Assembly (NCBI GenBank): GCA_043811375.1
Contig: JBDRNJ010000006.1
Coordinates: 1-64,000 of the forward strand
Source of the DNA: a bacterium
GTDB taxonomy: Bacteria; Zixibacteria; MSB-5A5; GN15; FEB-12
Direction of reading: 5' to 3'
DNA length: 64,000 bases
Below are positions 10,165 through 22,398 of this stretch, piece by piece. Within the stretch, counting starts at the first letter, position 1. Every line of letters begins with the position of its first letter. A program made the translations under genes and the position numbers. The notes beneath the pieces were generated by a model, which was given only the letters and a program-made list of their open reading frames with translations, made no database searches and had not been told where the DNA came from.

Positions 10165-13100
10165 ATGATCGGTGCCACGGGTCAGAGCACTTCACGTCAG
10201 AGGAATATCCCGGAGTTTACGGCGATACAGGTTCAGATCGCTTCACCCGATGAGATTTTATCGTGGTCCTACGGTGAAGTGACCAAACCGGAGACGATCA
10301 ATTACCGATCTTTCAAGCCGGAACGGGATGGCCTGTTTTGCGAGAGGATATTCGGTCCCGTCAAGGACTGGGAGTGTAATTGCGGCAAATATAAACGCAT
10401 TCGCTTTCGGGGGATCGTCTGTGACCGCTGCGGTGTGGAGGTTACCCAATCCAAGGTCCGTCGCGAACGCATGGGACACATTGAACTGGCGGTGCCGGTG
10501 TCACATATCTGGTATTTCAAATCGCTGCCGTCACGCATCGGGCACATGCTGGATCTGACCATCCGGGGACTGGAGAAGATCCTCTATTACGAAACCTATT
10601 TAATGATTGAGCCCGGCAACTCCTCCTATCAGGCAGGTGACGTTCTTACGGAAGAAGAGTACGTGGAACTGGAAGAGGCCGGCAAAACTTTCGACGCCCG
10701 CATGGGAGCAGAAGCCGTCAGGGAATTACTGCGACAAATCGATATCGACGAAACAGCGGTCACACTGCGGGCTCAGGCCAAGGTGGAAACATCAGTTCAG
10801 CGCAAGAAAGATGTTCTCAAGCGGTTGCGCATAATCGAGTCGTTCCGCCAGTCCCAGAACCGCCCGGAGTGGATGGTTCTGAGCATGCTCCCGGTTATTC
10901 CCCCCGACCTGCGCCCGCTGGTGCCTCTCGAGGGCGGTCGCTTTGCCACCTCCGATCTCAACGATCTCTACCGCCGGGTAATCAATCGCAATAATCGACT
11001 GAAGAAGCTGATCAATATTCAGGCACCGGAGGTCATCCTGCGCAACGAGAAACGGATGTTGCAGGAAGCTGTGGATGCCCTGCTGGACAATGGTCGCCGG
11101 ACCCACTCCGTGCGCGGCGATTCCAGACGCCCCCTGAAATCACTGTCTGATCTTCTCAAGGGGAAACAGGGTCGTTTCCGCCAGAATCTGCTGGGCAAGC
11201 GCGTTGACTACTCGGGTCGTTCAGTGATTGTTGTCGGACCTGAACTGAAACTCCACCAGTGCGGCCTTCCCAAGAATATGGCCATGGAGTTGTTCAAGCC
11301 CTTCATTATTATGAAGCTTGAAGAAAAAGGATATGTGCAGACGGTCAAATCGGCCAAGAAACTGGTCGAAAAGGAGCGACCCGAAGTCTGGGATATTCTT
11401 GAAGAAATCATACAGGATCACCCGGTATTGCTCAATCGGGCACCGACTCTGCACCGTCTGGGCATTCAGGCTTTCTATCCGGTACTGGTGGAAGGCAAGG
11501 CCATCAAACTGCATCCGCTGGCCTGTGCCGCATTTAACGCCGACTTCGACGGTGACCAGATGGCGGTACATGTGCCGCTGTCTTTCGAAGCCCAGCTTGA
11601 GGCCAAGGTACTGATGCTGTCCACCAACAACATCCTGCTGCCGTCCTCCGGGCGACCGGTAGCGGTACCATCGCAGGATATCGTTCTGGGTTGCTATTAT
11701 CTGACCAAGACTCGTGACGGAGTCAAGGGCGCCGGCATGAAATTCTGCTCGACTGAGGAAGCCCTGTTCGCCCACGACGCCGGGTACGTCGCTCTTCACG
11801 CCCCCATAACCGTCAGGATTGACGATCAACACGTGTCAACCACTGTCGGCCGGGTGATATTCAACAACATTTTGCCCGCCGGCCTCGGTTTTTTCAACGA
11901 CATCGCCACTCGGGCCAAGCTGGAAGAACTGGTCGCACTCACCTTCTTGCGGTTGGGCCAGAACGAAACCGTCGAGCTTGTCGACCGCCTCAAGTATTTC
12001 GGTTTTGAGTACGCCACTATCGCCGGTATCACGGTATCGATCGATGATCTGGTAGTACCTCGTGAGAAGGACAAGTTGATCAACAAAGCAATCACGGAAG
12101 TAAACAAGATCCAGAAACGATATGAGCGCGGCGTTATTACCAACGGTGAACGTTACAATCAGGTTATTGATACGTGGACTCGCACCACCAATGAGATATC
12201 CTCCGTTATGTTTGACAATCTGGCTGCTCAAGACCAGGGCTTTAACCCGGTATACATGATGGCCAGCTCCGGGGCTCGTGGTTCCAAGGAACAGATCCGT
12301 CAGTTGGCCGGGATGCGTGGGCTGATGGCCAAACCCCAGAAAAAGATTACCGGCGGTGTGGGTGAAATCATTGAAAACCCCATCACGGCCAACTTCCGTG
12401 AAGGATTATCGGTACAGGAGTACTTCATCTCCACTCACGGCGCACGTAAAGGGTTAGCGGATACGGCGTTAAAGACAACCGACGCCGGCTATCTGACTCG
12501 TCGACTGGTTGACGTAGCCCAGGATGTCATTATTCGAGAGATGGACTGCGGGACTATCATGGGTTTGGAAGTAGCGGCTATTAAGGAAGGTGAAGAGGTT
12601 ATTGAGTCTCTGCACGATCGTATTCTTGGTCGGGTGGTAGTCGACGACGTTTATGATCCTCTGACGGATGAGGTCATCGTTAAAAGCGGCCAGGAAATCC
12701 GCGAGGAAGAAGCCAATCGTATTGAGGAGTCCGGCATTGATATGGTGCGGATTCGCTCAGTGCTGACATGTGAATCCAAGTACGGCGTATGTAACAACTG
12801 TTACGGTCGAAATCTGGCCACTATGAAAATGGTCGATATCGGCGAAGCCGTAGGAGTTATTGCGGCTGAGTCGATCGGTGAACCCGGTACTCAGCTCACA
12901 CTGCGGACTTTCCATATCGGCGGCACCGCGGCCCGTATCGCTGAACAATCCCAGGTGGAGGCCAAGTACAACGGTAAAATCCATTTGCTCGAGATCAATT
13001 CGATAGAACGCGAGGACGGCACCAATATCGTCATCAGTCGGGAGGGTATCGGTGAAGCCCATATTGCTGATGACAAAGGACGCGTTCGGGCACGACTGAA

Positions 13101-14295
13101 AGTTCCCTATGGCGCCCACTTGATGGTCACAGATGGCCAGAAAGTAAGTCGCGGTGATGTCATCTTCGAATGGGATCCCTATACCGGAACGATTTTGAGC
13201 GAAAAGGATGGGAAAGCAATCTACCGGGATATCATCAAGGATGTGTCCGTCCGGGAGGCTCACGACGAGCAGACCGGTCTGATCCATTCGATTATCATTG
13301 ATACCAAGGATAAGAGCCTTTTCCCGACCGTCCTTATTAAGGATCGTCGGGACAAGATCGTGGCCAGCTACCGTATCCCCACTGATGCTCAGCTTCAGGT
13401 GACCGAAGGTCAGGCAGTAGAGGCCGGCGATGTTCTGGTGAAAATGCCTCGTGTTATCGCCAAATCTCGTGACATCACCGGTGGTTTGCCCAGAGTAGCC
13501 GAACTCTTCGAAGCCCGCCGGCCCCGTGACCCGGCCGTCGTTTCTGAGATTGACGGTACCATCGAATTCGGTAAGATTGTCCGTGGCCAGCAACAGGTTC
13601 TGGTTCTCGGTGAGCACGAAGAAAGCAGGGATTACCTGGTCCCTCACGGCAAACACATGATGGTCCATGCCGGTGATCGGGTTCGGGCCGGTGATCGGTT
13701 GTGCGAGGGCGCCAAGGATCCTCATGACATTCTTGACATCCTGGGCGTGTATGAGGTTCAAGCCTACCTGGTCAATGAAATCCAGGAGGTCTACCGCCTG
13801 CAGGGAGTCAAGATCAACGATAAGCATATTGAGGTAATCGTCCGACAAATGCTGCAGAAGGTACAGATTGAGCATGTCGGCGACACCAACTTCCTCGAGG
13901 GTGAAAAGGTTGACAAAATCAAGTTCGCCGATGAAAACTCCCGAGTGGTTGCGGAAGGCGGCGAAGCGGCAACATCCCGCCCATTGCTGCTGGGCATTAC
14001 TCGTGCCTCGCTTTCCACCGATAGTTTCATTTCGGCGGCCTCGTTTCAGGAAACCACCAAAGTGCTTACCGAGGCTGCTGTTTCCGGCAAGATTGACTAC
14101 CTTCTGGGACTGAAAGAGAACGTTATTATTGGCCATCTGATTCCGGCCGGTACCGGCATAGATCGCTACAAGGATCTGCAGGTCGAACGGGAAGAATCGG
14201 ACGGAGAGCTCTCCGAAGAATCGGCCCCAACGGCGGTGACGGTTGCCGCGCCGAAACCGATCAATATTGCGGATATTTTTGATGAAAATGCTTGA
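10165..14295 (+). CDS. rpoC: RNA polymerase beta' subunit
   Basis: Catalytic NADFDGD; N-terminal Zn-finger Cys; AAGGAG RBS. Confidence 0.99.
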   Translation: MIGATGQSTSRQRNIPEFTAIQVQIASPDEILSWSYGEVTKPETINYRSFKPERDGLFCERIFGPVKDWECNCGKYKRIRFRGIVCDRCGVEVTQSKVRRERMGHIELAVPVSHIWYFKSLPSRIGHMLDLTIRGLEKILYYETYLMIEPGNSSYQAGDVLTEEEYVELEEAGKTFDARMGAEAVRELLRQIDIDETAVTLRAQAKVETSVQRKKDVLKRLRIIESFRQSQNRPEWMVLSMLPVIPPDLRPLVPLEGGRFATSDLNDLYRRVINRNNRLKKLINIQAPEVILRNEKRMLQEAVDALLDNGRRTHSVRGDSRRPLKSLSDLLKGKQGRFRQNLLGKRVDYSGRSVIVVGPELKLHQCGLPKNMAMELFKPFIIMKLEEKGYVQTVKSAKKLVEKERPEVWDILEEIIQDHPVLLNRAPTLHRLGIQAFYPVLVEGKAIKLHPLACAAFNADFDGDQMAVHVPLSFEAQLEAKVLMLSTNNILLPSSGRPVAVPSQDIVLGCYYLTKTRDGVKGAGMKFCSTEEALFAHDAGYVALHAPITVRIDDQHVSTTVGRVIFNNILPAGLGFFNDIATRAKLEELVALTFLRLGQNETVELVDRLKYFGFEYATIAGITVSIDDLVVPREKDKLINKAITEVNKIQKRYERGVITNGERYNQVIDTWTRTTNEISSVMFDNLAAQDQGFNPVYMMASSGARGSKEQIRQLAGMRGLMAKPQKKITGGVGEIIENPITANFREGLSVQEYFISTHGARKGLADTALKTTDAGYLTRRLVDVAQDVIIREMDCGTIMGLEVAAIKEGEEVIESLHDRILGRVVVDDVYDPLTDEVIVKSGQEIREEEANRIEESGIDMVRIRSVLTCESKYGVCNNCYGRNLATMKMVDIGEAVGVIAAESIGEPGTQLTLRTFHIGGTAARIAEQSQVEAKYNGKIHLLEINSIEREDGTNIVISREGIGEAHIADDKGRVRARLKVPYGAHLMVTDGQKVSRGDVIFEWDPYTGTILSEKDGKAIYRDIIKDVSVREAHDEQTGLIHSIIIDTKDKSLFPTVLIKDRRDKIVASYRIPTDAQLQVTEGQAVEAGDVLVKMPRVIAKSRDITGGLPRVAELFEARRPRDPAVVSEIDGTIEFGKIVRGQQQVLVLGEHEESRDYLVPHGKHMMVHAGDRVRAGDRLCEGAKDPHDILDILGVYEVQAYLVNEIQEVYRLQGVKINDKHIEVIVRQMLQKVQIEHVGDTNFLEGEKVDKIKFADENSRVVAEGGEAATSRPLLLGITRASLSTDSFISAASFQETTKVLTEAAVSGKIDYLLGLKENVIIGHLIPAGTGIDRYKDLQVEREESDGELSEESAPTAVTVAAPKPINIADIFDENA

Positions 14296-14319
14296 CTATC
14301 ACGAAGTTTGTTATAAACT
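14292..14319 (+). promoter_or_regulatory. Putative sigma70 promoter for the str operon
   Basis: TTGACT-N16-TAAACT upstream of rpsL. Confidence 0.5.
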
Positions 14320-14364
14320 TGAGATTCTGTGCAAAAATGTTAAGGATGGAATACAGGAGAGATT

Positions 14365-14736
14365 TTGCCGACTATTAACCAGTTGATTCGCAAGGGAAGA
14401 AAGCGGATCATTGAAAAAAGCAATACCCCGGCCTTGAACTCGTGCCCGCAGAAGCGGGGTGTCTGTACCCGGGTCTATACATCGACTCCCAAGAAGCCCA
14501 ATTCCGCTCTGCGGAAGGTGGCCCGGGTGAGGTTGACCAACAAGATCGAGGTCACAGCCTATATTCCGGGAGAAGGACACAATTTGCAGGAGCACTCGAT
14601 TGTTCTCATCCGAGGCGGACGAGTCAAGGATCTGCCCGGTGTTCGCTACCACATTATTCGTGGGACTATGGACACTTCGGGAGTTGGCGACCGGAAACAG
14701 AGTCGGTCAAAATATGGGACCAAAAGGCCCAAATAA
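14365..14736 (+). CDS. rpsL: 30S ribosomal protein S12
   Basis: [27 protein letters not shown]. Confidence 0.99.
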   Translation: MPTINQLIRKGRKRIIEKSNTPALNSCPQKRGVCTRVYTSTPKKPNSALRKVARVRLTNKIEVTAYIPGEGHNLQEHSIVLIRGGRVKDLPGVRYHIIRGTMDTSGVGDRKQSRSKYGTKRPK

Positions 14737-14755
14737 TAAGTGAGATTTCGAACTT

Positions 14756-15226
14756 ATGCCCAGACGAATAAAAACTGCTAAACGACCGGTAAAGCCGGAT
14801 TTTAAATATGGTGACAAACTGGTGTCCCAGTTCGTTTCCTATACCATGAAAAACGGCAAACGCTCCACTGCCGAGCGCTGTTTGTATGACGCCCTTGAAC
14901 TTCTTGAGAAGAAAACCGGCCAGGACGGGCTGGAGATGTTTCGCAAGGCGATCAATAACGTTAAACCGGTGTTGGAAGTCCGCTCACGTCGTGTCGGCGG
15001 CGCCACCTATCAGGTGCCCGTTGAAGTTCGCCCGGACCGGCGCACGGCACTGGCATTCAGGTGGATCAGGAATTATGCCAAATCTCGCAGCGGCAAAACT
15101 ATGGCTGAGAAGCTGTCGGCGGAATTGCAGGCAGCTGCAAATAACGATGGTGCGTCGATAAAAAAGAAGGAGGATACACACAAGATGGCGGAAGCCAACA
15201 AGGCTTTCGCGCACTTCAAGTGGTAG
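14756..15226 (+). CDS. rpsG: 30S ribosomal protein S7
   Basis: [25 protein letters not shown]. Confidence 0.99.
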   Translation: MPRRIKTAKRPVKPDFKYGDKLVSQFVSYTMKNGKRSTAERCLYDALELLEKKTGQDGLEMFRKAINNVKPVLEVRSRRVGGATYQVPVEVRPDRRTALAFRWIRNYAKSRSGKTMAEKLSAELQAAANNDGASIKKKEDTHKMAEANKAFAHFKW

Positions 15227-15420
15227 CCGCTATCCATTGAGAAAGCTGCCATAACGGCGTCAGTAGCCATTTTTCAGGAAGGCTTGCCAGGAGAGGTTGG
15301 CAGGCGTAAAACCGGCAACGGTGACTGACCTGCCCACCACTGATGGAGGTAGATGGGTGAATGTGCACCCGGTGACGTTTAGAGTCAACAGACTTGTGTG
15401 GATTATCCAGGTATGGGATT

Positions 15421-17502
15421 ATGTCTCGAAAATTGGAGTTACAGAAAGTGCGCAATATTGGTATAATGGCGCACATCGATGCCGGGAAAACGACCACCAC
15501 CGAGCGAATGCTCTTCTACACGGGCAAAACTCACCGTATCGGGGAGGTCGACGATGGTGCCGCGACCATGGACTGGATGGAACTGGAGAAAGAGCGCGGT
15601 ATCACCATCACCTCAGCCGCCACTACCTGCTACTGGCGTGACCATACCATCAATATTTTAGATACCCCCGGGCATGTCGATTTTACCGTCGAAGTGGAGC
15701 GGTCACTCCGCGTCCTCGACGGTGCCATTGCCCTCTTCTGTGCCGTTGGCGGTGTGGAGCCGCAATCGGAAACGGTCTGGCGTCAGGCTGATAAATACGG
15801 AGTACCGCGGGTAGCCTACATCAACAAGATGGACCGCACCGGAGCCGATTTCGCTCAGACGCTCAAGACCATGAATGACCGCTTTGCCAGCCGCTGCGTG
15901 GCCATTACCATACCCGCCGGAGAGGGAGAACTGTTCAGCGGTATTATCGATCTGCTGACGATGAAGTTCCGTGTCTTTAATGAGGATTCTCAGGGAACCA
16001 CCTACGACGATCTGGATGTGCCCCAGGATATGCTGGGTACGGCCAACGAATACCGGGAACAATTGCTGGAAGCGGTAGCCGAATACGATGATCACCTGCT
16101 GGAGGAATTTCTTCATGACCAGCCTCTGGACCCGAAGGAGGTCTTCCAGGCGGTGCGCAAGGCCACCGTCGATTCAAGCCTGGTGCCGGTGCTTTGCGGT
16201 TCTTCCTACAAGAACAAGGGCGTCCAGAAGCTGCTGGATACCGTGGTCGACTTCCTGCCTTCGCCTCTGGACAAACCTGCGGTAAGAGGTCGTGCCGTCG
16301 GGAAATCGGACAAGATCATATTGCGTAACCCGGATGATACGGAACCGTCGTCAGCTTTGGCATTTAAGATTATGACCGATCCTTATGTGGGTCGACTTAC
16401 CTATATCCGAGTTTATTCCGGTATTATCAGGGCCGGTTCCTATCTGCTCAATACCGCCAACGGGAAAAAGGAACGCATCGCTCGTTTGTTGCGGATGCAC
16501 TCTAATAAACGCACTGATATTAAGGAAGCCTATACCGGTGATATCGTGGCCGTCATCGGTCTGCGAGCCACAACTACTGGTGATACGCTGTGCGACCCCA
16601 AACACCCGATCATCCTGGAACGCATGTCTTTTCCGGAACCGGTAGTGGCTGTGGCAATCGAGCCCAAGACACAGGCTGATCAGGAGAAGCTGAGCGATGC
16701 CCTGACCAAGCTCTCCGAAGAGGATCCTACTTTCCAGGTCAAATACGACGCCGAGACCGCCCAAACCCTTATTCACGGTATGGGTGAACTGCACCTTGAG
16801 ATCCTCATAGATCGCCTGTTGCGAGAATTCGGTGTTGGCGCTTCTGTCGGCCAACCGATGGTGGCTTATAAGGAAGCTATCACTACTGCCGTCGAGTGCG
16901 AGGGCCGGTTTATCCGCCAGACCGGTGGTAGAGGCCAATACGGGTTTGTCAAGTTACGCCTGCGGCCAACCGAAAACGGCGTTATTTTCCGCTTTGAAAA
17001 TCGATTAACGGGGAATAATATTCCTCGTGAATTTGTGCCCGCTATCGAACGAGGTGTCAGGGAAGCTATGGACAACGGCGTACTGGCCGGTTATCCCATG
17101 ATCGGGATACATTGCGAACTCTTTGACGGTAGTTACCACGAGGTTGACTCCAGTGACATGTCTTTCCGCGTGGCTGGCTCAATGGCGCTGCGGAACGGCG
17201 CCAAAAAGGCCGCACCTGTCCTGCTGGAACCCATCATGGATGTCGAAGTGGTAGTGCCGGAAACATACATGGGCGCCGTCGTCGGTGATCTGAATTCCCG
17301 CCGAGGCAAGATTAACGGAATGGTACCGCGTGATCACGTCACGGTGGTGGCCGTCACTATCCCCCTGTCGGAGATGTTTGGTTATGTCAACACGTTACGC
17401 AACATCTCCCAGGGACGGGCCGTTTTCACTATGCAGTTCGCTCGTTACCAGCCGGTGCCGAGCGAAGTCTCTAAGAAAATGTTGGATAATGTAAGGATAT
17501 AG
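15421..17502 (+). CDS. fusA: Elongation factor G
   Basis: [27 protein letters not shown]. Confidence 0.99.
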   Translation: MSRKLELQKVRNIGIMAHIDAGKTTTTERMLFYTGKTHRIGEVDDGAATMDWMELEKERGITITSAATTCYWRDHTINILDTPGHVDFTVEVERSLRVLDGAIALFCAVGGVEPQSETVWRQADKYGVPRVAYINKMDRTGADFAQTLKTMNDRFASRCVAITIPAGEGELFSGIIDLLTMKFRVFNEDSQGTTYDDLDVPQDMLGTANEYREQLLEAVAEYDDHLLEEFLHDQPLDPKEVFQAVRKATVDSSLVPVLCGSSYKNKGVQKLLDTVVDFLPSPLDKPAVRGRAVGKSDKIILRNPDDTEPSSALAFKIMTDPYVGRLTYIRVYSGIIRAGSYLLNTANGKKERIARLLRMHSNKRTDIKEAYTGDIVAVIGLRATTTGDTLCDPKHPIILERMSFPEPVVAVAIEPKTQADQEKLSDALTKLSEEDPTFQVKYDAETAQTLIHGMGELHLEILIDRLLREFGVGASVGQPMVAYKEAITTAVECEGRFIRQTGGRGQYGFVKLRLRPTENGVIFRFENRLTGNNIPREFVPAIERGVREAMDNGVLAGYPMIGIHCELFDGSYHEVDSSDMSFRVAGSMALRNGAKKAAPVLLEPIMDVEVVVPETYMGAVVGDLNSRRGKINGMVPRDHVTVVAVTIPLSEMFGYVNTLRNISQGRAVFTMQFARYQPVPSEVSKKMLDNVRI

Positions 17503-17519
17503 GTAGGGAGTTCTTCGTT

Positions 17520-18728
17520 ATGGCGAAGGAGAAGTTTGAACGCACGAAGCCGCATGTGAATGTGGGCACGATCGGTCACGTTGATCATGGTAAGACGACG
17601 TTGACGGCGGCGATGACGATGGTACTTTCCCGCAAGACGGGCACGGCGATACGTGATTTTGATTCGATTGACAATGCCCCCGAGGAGCGTGAGCGGGGGA
17701 TCACGATAGCGACGGCCCACGTGGAGTATGAGTCGGAGAAGCGTCACTATGCCCATGTGGATTGTCCCGGTCATGCTGATTATGTCAAGAACATGATCAC
17801 GGGAGCGGCTCAGATGGATGGAGCGATTTTGGTGGTATCGGCGGCTGACGGCCCGATGCCTCAGACGCGCGAGCACATATTGCTGGCCCGCCAGGTGGGA
17901 GTGCCGTACATCTTGGTGTATTTGAACAAGGTGGACCAGGTTGATGATCCGGAGTTATTGGATTTGGTGGAGTTGGAGGTTCGAGATCTTTTGAATCAGT
18001 ATCAATTTCCGGGTGATGATGTGCCGGTGATTCGTGGTTCGGCGTTGGAGGCGATGACGGCCGGTGCTGATGAGTCGAGGGTATTGGATGATGAGGCGTT
18101 CAAGTCGATCCACGAGTTGATGGATGCTTTGGACACGTACATACCGGAGCCGAAGCGAGAGACGGACAAGCCGTTTTTAATGCCGGTGGAGGATGTTTTC
18201 AGTATAACCGGTCGCGGCACGGTGGGGACGGGTCGTGTTGAGCGTGGCGTTATCAAGCGGGGAGATGAGGTTGAGATCGTAGGTTTTGGAGAGACGCGCA
18301 AGACGGTGGTGACGGGTGTGGAGATGTTCCGCAAGTTGCTGGATGACGCCCAGGCGGGCGACAACGTGGGTTTGTTGCTGCGCGGCGTGGAGAAGGATGA
18401 GTTGGAGCGTGGCATGGTGGTATCCGCGCCCGGTTCGGTTCAGCCGCACACGAAGTTCAAGGCCGAGGTATATATATTGACGAAGGAAGAGGGCGGTCGT
18501 CACACGCCGTTTTTTGCCGGATATCGTCCGCAGTTTTATTTTCGGACGACGGATGTGACGGGTATAGCCCAGTTGCCGGAGGGAGTGGAGATGGTGATGC
18601 CCGGTGACAATGTAGCGTTGACGATAGAATTGATCACGCCGATCGCGATGGAGAAGGAGTTGCGTTTTGCCATTCGCGAGGGTGGCCGCACCGTCGGCGC
18701 CGGCGTTATTGCTGAAATATTCGAGTAG
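17520..18728 (+). CDS. tuf: Elongation factor Tu (second copy)
   Basis: [21 protein letters not shown]. Confidence 0.99.
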   Translation: MAKEKFERTKPHVNVGTIGHVDHGKTTLTAAMTMVLSRKTGTAIRDFDSIDNAPEERERGITIATAHVEYESEKRHYAHVDCPGHADYVKNMITGAAQMDGAILVVSAADGPMPQTREHILLARQVGVPYILVYLNKVDQVDDPELLDLVELEVRDLLNQYQFPGDDVPVIRGSALEAMTAGADESRVLDDEAFKSIHELMDALDTYIPEPKRETDKPFLMPVEDVFSITGRGTVGTGRVERGVIKRGDEVEIVGFGETRKTVVTGVEMFRKLLDDAQAGDNVGLLLRGVEKDELERGMVVSAPGSVQPHTKFKAEVYILTKEEGGRHTPFFAGYRPQFYFRTTDVTGIAQLPEGVEMVMPGDNVALTIELITPIAMEKELRFAIREGGRTVGAGVIAEIFE

Positions 18729-18737
18729 GAAAGGTTA

Positions 18738-19055
18738 TTGGCTGCTATGAATGTGCAGAAAATCCGGATTCGGCTCAAAGCTTACGACCACTTTGCGCTT
18801 GATCGATCTACCAAGGAGATTGCCCGCACGGTGATCCGAACTGGGGCGCGTATTGTCGGTCCGGTGCCGCTGCCCACCAAACGCACGGTCTATACCGTTT
18901 TGCGATCACCCCACGTTGACAAGAAGTCGCGGGAGCAGTTCGAGACCAGAATCCATAAACGTTTGATTGACATCTACGATTCCACCCCGCAGACTGTCGA
19001 CGCACTGATGAAGCTGGATCTGCCGGCCGGAGTCGACGTGGAAATCAAGACCTGA
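18738..19055 (+). CDS. rpsJ: 30S ribosomal protein S10
   Basis: [25 protein letters not shown]. Confidence 0.98.
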   Translation: MAAMNVQKIRIRLKAYDHFALDRSTKEIARTVIRTGARIVGPVPLPTKRTVYTVLRSPHVDKKSREQFETRIHKRLIDIYDSTPQTVDALMKLDLPAGVDVEIKT

Positions 19056-19069
19056 CAGGACGACTGGTA

Positions 19070-19696
19070 ATGAAGGAAATACTAGGCAAGAAACTTGGAA
19101 TGACCCGCATTTTCAGGGAGACCGGTGATGCCGTGCCGGTGACGGTGATTGAGGCCGGGCCCTGTCCGGTAGTGGCCAGGAAGACGGTTGACAAGCATGG
19201 CTATAATGCTTACCAGGTCGGTTTCGGCGAACGTCATAAAAATCGTGTCACCAAACCATTGGCCGGACAATTCACGGCTGGCGGGATCGAACCTACTCGG
19301 TACCTGAGGGAAGTCAGGTTTGACGGAGTTGAGTTGGAGGTGGGTGCTGTGGTTTCGGTTGATGTCTTCAAAGTAGGTGAGAAGGTCGATGTGACGGGTA
19401 TTTCCCGAGGTCTGGGTTTCGCCGGTACCATGAAACGACATCATTTCTCCGGAGCCAACAAAACTCATGGCCAGTCCGACCGCTCGCGGGCACCGGGATC
19501 TATCGGGCAGTCGTCTTACCCCTCCCGGGTGTTCAAGGGGATGCGCATGTCGGGTCGGATGGGTAAAGATAAGGTAACAGTGGTGAATCTGGAGATTGTT
19601 CAGATTATTGAAAAGGAAAACTTGATGTTGGTCAGGGGAGCAATCCCCGGTCATAAAGGCTCACTCGTAAAAGTGCGCACGACGAATCGCGGCTAA
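19070..19696 (+). CDS. rplC: 50S ribosomal protein L3
   Basis: LGKKLGMT; RAPGSIG. Confidence 0.98.
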   Translation: MKEILGKKLGMTRIFRETGDAVPVTVIEAGPCPVVARKTVDKHGYNAYQVGFGERHKNRVTKPLAGQFTAGGIEPTRYLREVRFDGVELEVGAVVSVDVFKVGEKVDVTGISRGLGFAGTMKRHHFSGANKTHGQSDRSRAPGSIGQSSYPSRVFKGMRMSGRMGKDKVTVVNLEIVQIIEKENLMLVRGAIPGHKGSLVKVRTTNRG

Positions 19697-19708
19697 CAGG
19701 TGTTGGTT

Positions 19709-20332
19709 ATGAAAATATCAGTATTCGATCAGGAAGGTCAGGAAGTAGACACGGTTGACCTGAAACCCGAAGTGTTCGCAGTGGAACCCAACGAAGCCGT
19801 GGTGCACCAGTATGTGGTAAACTATCTGGCCCGTCAGCGGCAGGGAAACGCCGACACCAAAACACGCCGTGAGAAGCGTGGCGGTGGTCGTAAACCATGG
19901 CGTCAGAAGGGAACCGGGCGGGCCCGGGCCGGTACTACCCGGTCTCCGCTGTGGCGCGGCGGCGGTGTCGTCTTCGGTCCCCACCCCAGAAAATATGGTT
20001 CACCTATGCCCCGGCGGATGAAGCGATTGGCTTTGCTGTCTATCCTTTCCGACAAGGCCCGTCGCGAGCGTATCAAGGTTCTTGACCGTATCGAGATGAA
20101 CGAGTTTAAAACGCGACGGGTAGCTGAACTCTTGTCGCGATTGGATTTGACCGGCCGGAAGTGCATTTTCCTTGACGAAGGTCGCAATGATCACCTGGTT
20201 CTGTCGTGCCGCAATCTGCCGAAAGTGGAGTATTCTCGCGCGATCCTGGCCAACGGCTACGACCTTATCAACGCTGACTGGCTGGTGTTTACCAAAGCCG
20301 GTCTGGACAAGGTGCAGGAGGTGTTCGGATGA
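19709..20332 (+). CDS. rplD: 50S ribosomal protein L4
   Basis: GGGRKPWRQKGTGRARAG. Confidence 0.98.
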   Translation: MKISVFDQEGQEVDTVDLKPEVFAVEPNEAVVHQYVVNYLARQRQGNADTKTRREKRGGGRKPWRQKGTGRARAGTTRSPLWRGGGVVFGPHPRKYGSPMPRRMKRLALLSILSDKARRERIKVLDRIEMNEFKTRRVAELLSRLDLTGRKCIFLDEGRNDHLVLSCRNLPKVEYSRAILANGYDLINADWLVFTKAGLDKVQEVFG

Positions 20333-20622
20333 AAACTGATTCGCATAAAATCATCTGGTCCCATATTTCCACCGAACGATCCACCAGACTGCGGGAAACC
20401 AACAACGAATACGTTTTCGAGGTTGATCCTAACGCCAACAAGTACGTTATCAAGGAAGCTATTGAAGACGCTTTCAAGGTGAAGGTCGATTCGGTGCGGA
20501 CAATGATTGCTCCCGGCAAAGTACGCCGCATGGGACGCAACGAAGGAAAAACGGCTACCAGGAAGAAGGCCGTGGTGAAATTGAAGAAAGGTGAGAGCAT
20601 TACCGTTTTTGAAAACGTCTAA
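20329..20622 (+). CDS. rplW: 50S ribosomal protein L23
   Basis: YVFEV..ANK..IKEAIE..FKVKV; KKAVVKL. Confidence 0.96.
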   Translation: MKTDSHKIIWSHISTERSTRLRETNNEYVFEVDPNANKYVIKEAIEDAFKVKVDSVRTMIAPGKVRRMGRNEGKTATRKKAVVKLKKGESITVFENV

Positions 20623-20644
20623 ACGCTCGTGCGGGTGATTAACT

Positions 20645-21475
20645 ATGGCTGTTAAGAAATTTCGTCCGGTAACACCATCACTGAGATTCAGGAAGGTGCC
20701 GACCTTTGAGGAGATTACCTCGACCGTGCCGGAAAAATCTTTGCTGGAACCGATTTCCAAAAGCGGTGGGCGTAACAACAAGGGCCGCATCACTGCTTAT
20801 TGTCGCGGCGGCGGTCATAAGCGCCACTACAGGAGAGTTGATTTCAAGCGCAACAAACGCGATATCCCGGCCCGGGTAGCGTCGATTGAGTATGATCCCA
20901 ATCGCTCGGCCCGCATCGCTTTGCTGCATTATGTGGATGGAGAGAAACGATACATTCTGGCCCCGGCAAATCTGAAAGTGAACGATCTGGTCGAGGCCGG
21001 TGAGAACGTCGACAACCGTATCGGCAACGCCATGCCGCTGGAAAAGATGCTGTTGGGTACTATCTGCCACAATATCGAGTTGCGCCCCGGGCGCGGCGGT
21101 CAGATGGCTCGGTCGGCCGGGTCTTTTGTACAGTTAATGGCCAAGGAAGGCGGCAAGGCCAACCTTAAATTACCGTCCGGTGAAGTCAGGAAAGTGCCGC
21201 TGCAGTGCTACGCTACTTTTGGCCAGGTGTCAAACATTGATCACAAGAACGTGATATGGGGCAAAGCCGGAGCCTCGCGGTGGCGGGGACGGCGACCGTC
21301 CGTACGTGGTGTTGTCATGAACCCCGTCGACCACCCCATGGGTGGTGGTGAAGGTCGCAGTTCCGGTGGTCGACACCCTTGCACGCCCTGGGGAAAACCG
21401 ACCAAGGGTTTCAAGACTCGGCGCAAACGTAAATCAACCGATCATCTGGTACAGGATCGGAGAACCAAGATCTAA
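20645..21475 (+). CDS. rplB: 50S ribosomal protein L2
   Basis: [25 protein letters not shown]. Confidence 0.99.
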   Translation: MAVKKFRPVTPSLRFRKVPTFEEITSTVPEKSLLEPISKSGGRNNKGRITAYCRGGGHKRHYRRVDFKRNKRDIPARVASIEYDPNRSARIALLHYVDGEKRYILAPANLKVNDLVEAGENVDNRIGNAMPLEKMLLGTICHNIELRPGRGGQMARSAGSFVQLMAKEGGKANLKLPSGEVRKVPLQCYATFGQVSNIDHKNVIWGKAGASRWRGRRPSVRGVVMNPVDHPMGGGEGRSSGGRHPCTPWGKPTKGFKTRRKRKSTDHLVQDRRTKI

Positions 21476-21491
21476 TGATGGAGCGAATGAG

Positions 21492-21782
21492 ATGCCTCGT
21501 TCAGTGAAAAAAGGCCCCTACGTGGAAGCCAAATTGCAGAAGAAGATCGATGCCCTCAACGATTCCGGCGAGAGAAAGGTCATCAAGACCTGGTCCCGGC
21601 GGTCGATGATAATACCGGAATTTGTCGGTCATACGATGGCGGTCCACAATGGCAACAAGTTCATTCCCATCTATATTACGGAGAATATGGTCGGCCACAA
21701 ATTGGGCGAATTCGCCCCCACCCGTACTTTCCGGGGCCACAGCGGGAGACTGGCCGAACGGGCTTCGGCGGTGAAAGGCTAA
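21492..21782 (+). CDS. rpsS: 30S ribosomal protein S19
   Basis: [23 protein letters not shown]. Confidence 0.98.
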   Translation: MPRSVKKGPYVEAKLQKKIDALNDSGERKVIKTWSRRSMIIPEFVGHTMAVHNGNKFIPIYITENMVGHKLGEFAPTRTFRGHSGRLAERASAVKG

Positions 21783-21791
21783 GGTGACGGT

Positions 21792-22355
21792 ATGCTGGTG
21801 AAAGCAACCGCAAGACTCAGGTATGTCAGTATTCCACCGCGCAAGATGCGGCTGGTGGCCGGTATGGTGAAGGATCTGCCGGTGGAGAAAGCACTCAGCA
21901 TCCTGAACTTCACACCCCGGCTGGCTGCTTTGCATATTGCCAAGACGGTCAAGTCGGCTGCGGCCAATGCCCTGTCGCTTGAGGGTACCGATCGTTTGAA
22001 ACCGGAGAGTCTGCAGATCAGGAAGATTACGGTAGATGCTGCTCCCACTGCCAAGCGAATCCGTTTTCAGTCAATGGGGCGGGCTTTCCGTTACCGCAAA
22101 CGTTTCTGTCACCTGACGGTTGAAGTAGCCGGAGAAACGGAAGACACTAAAGCCGAACGAACGGCTGCACAAAAAGACCGGGAGAAACAAGAGACATCAA
22201 GCGGGAAAACCGGTAAGACCAGGTCCAGGAGCAAAACGAAGACCAGTACCCGGTCAAAAATTACGCCCCCGTCAAAAGCCGGGGCGGCTACGAAGAAAAC
22301 AACTGCCTCTCGTAAGACTACCACAAAACGTACCCAGAAAGCCGGGGACAGGTAG
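21792..22355 (+). CDS. rplV: 50S ribosomal protein L22 with long basic C-terminal extension
   Basis: PRKMRLVA..SAAANA..HLTVEV core followed by about 70 K/T/S-rich residues. Confidence 0.96.
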   Translation: MLVKATARLRYVSIPPRKMRLVAGMVKDLPVEKALSILNFTPRLAALHIAKTVKSAAANALSLEGTDRLKPESLQIRKITVDAAPTAKRIRFQSMGRAFRYRKRFCHLTVEVAGETEDTKAERTAAQKDREKQETSSGKTGKTRSRSKTKTSTRSKITPPSKAGAATKKTTASRKTTTKRTQKAGDR

Positions 22356-22398
22356 AGTGAGCTGGGAATTCTGGTACTGTTGAAATAAGGAGATAAGT

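Noticed and set aside
12757..14136. 459-aa antisense ORF, and similar ones at 8556-9596, 26120-27046 and 56322-57095
   Set aside because: Shadow frames opposite well-conserved genes; no recognisable motifs.
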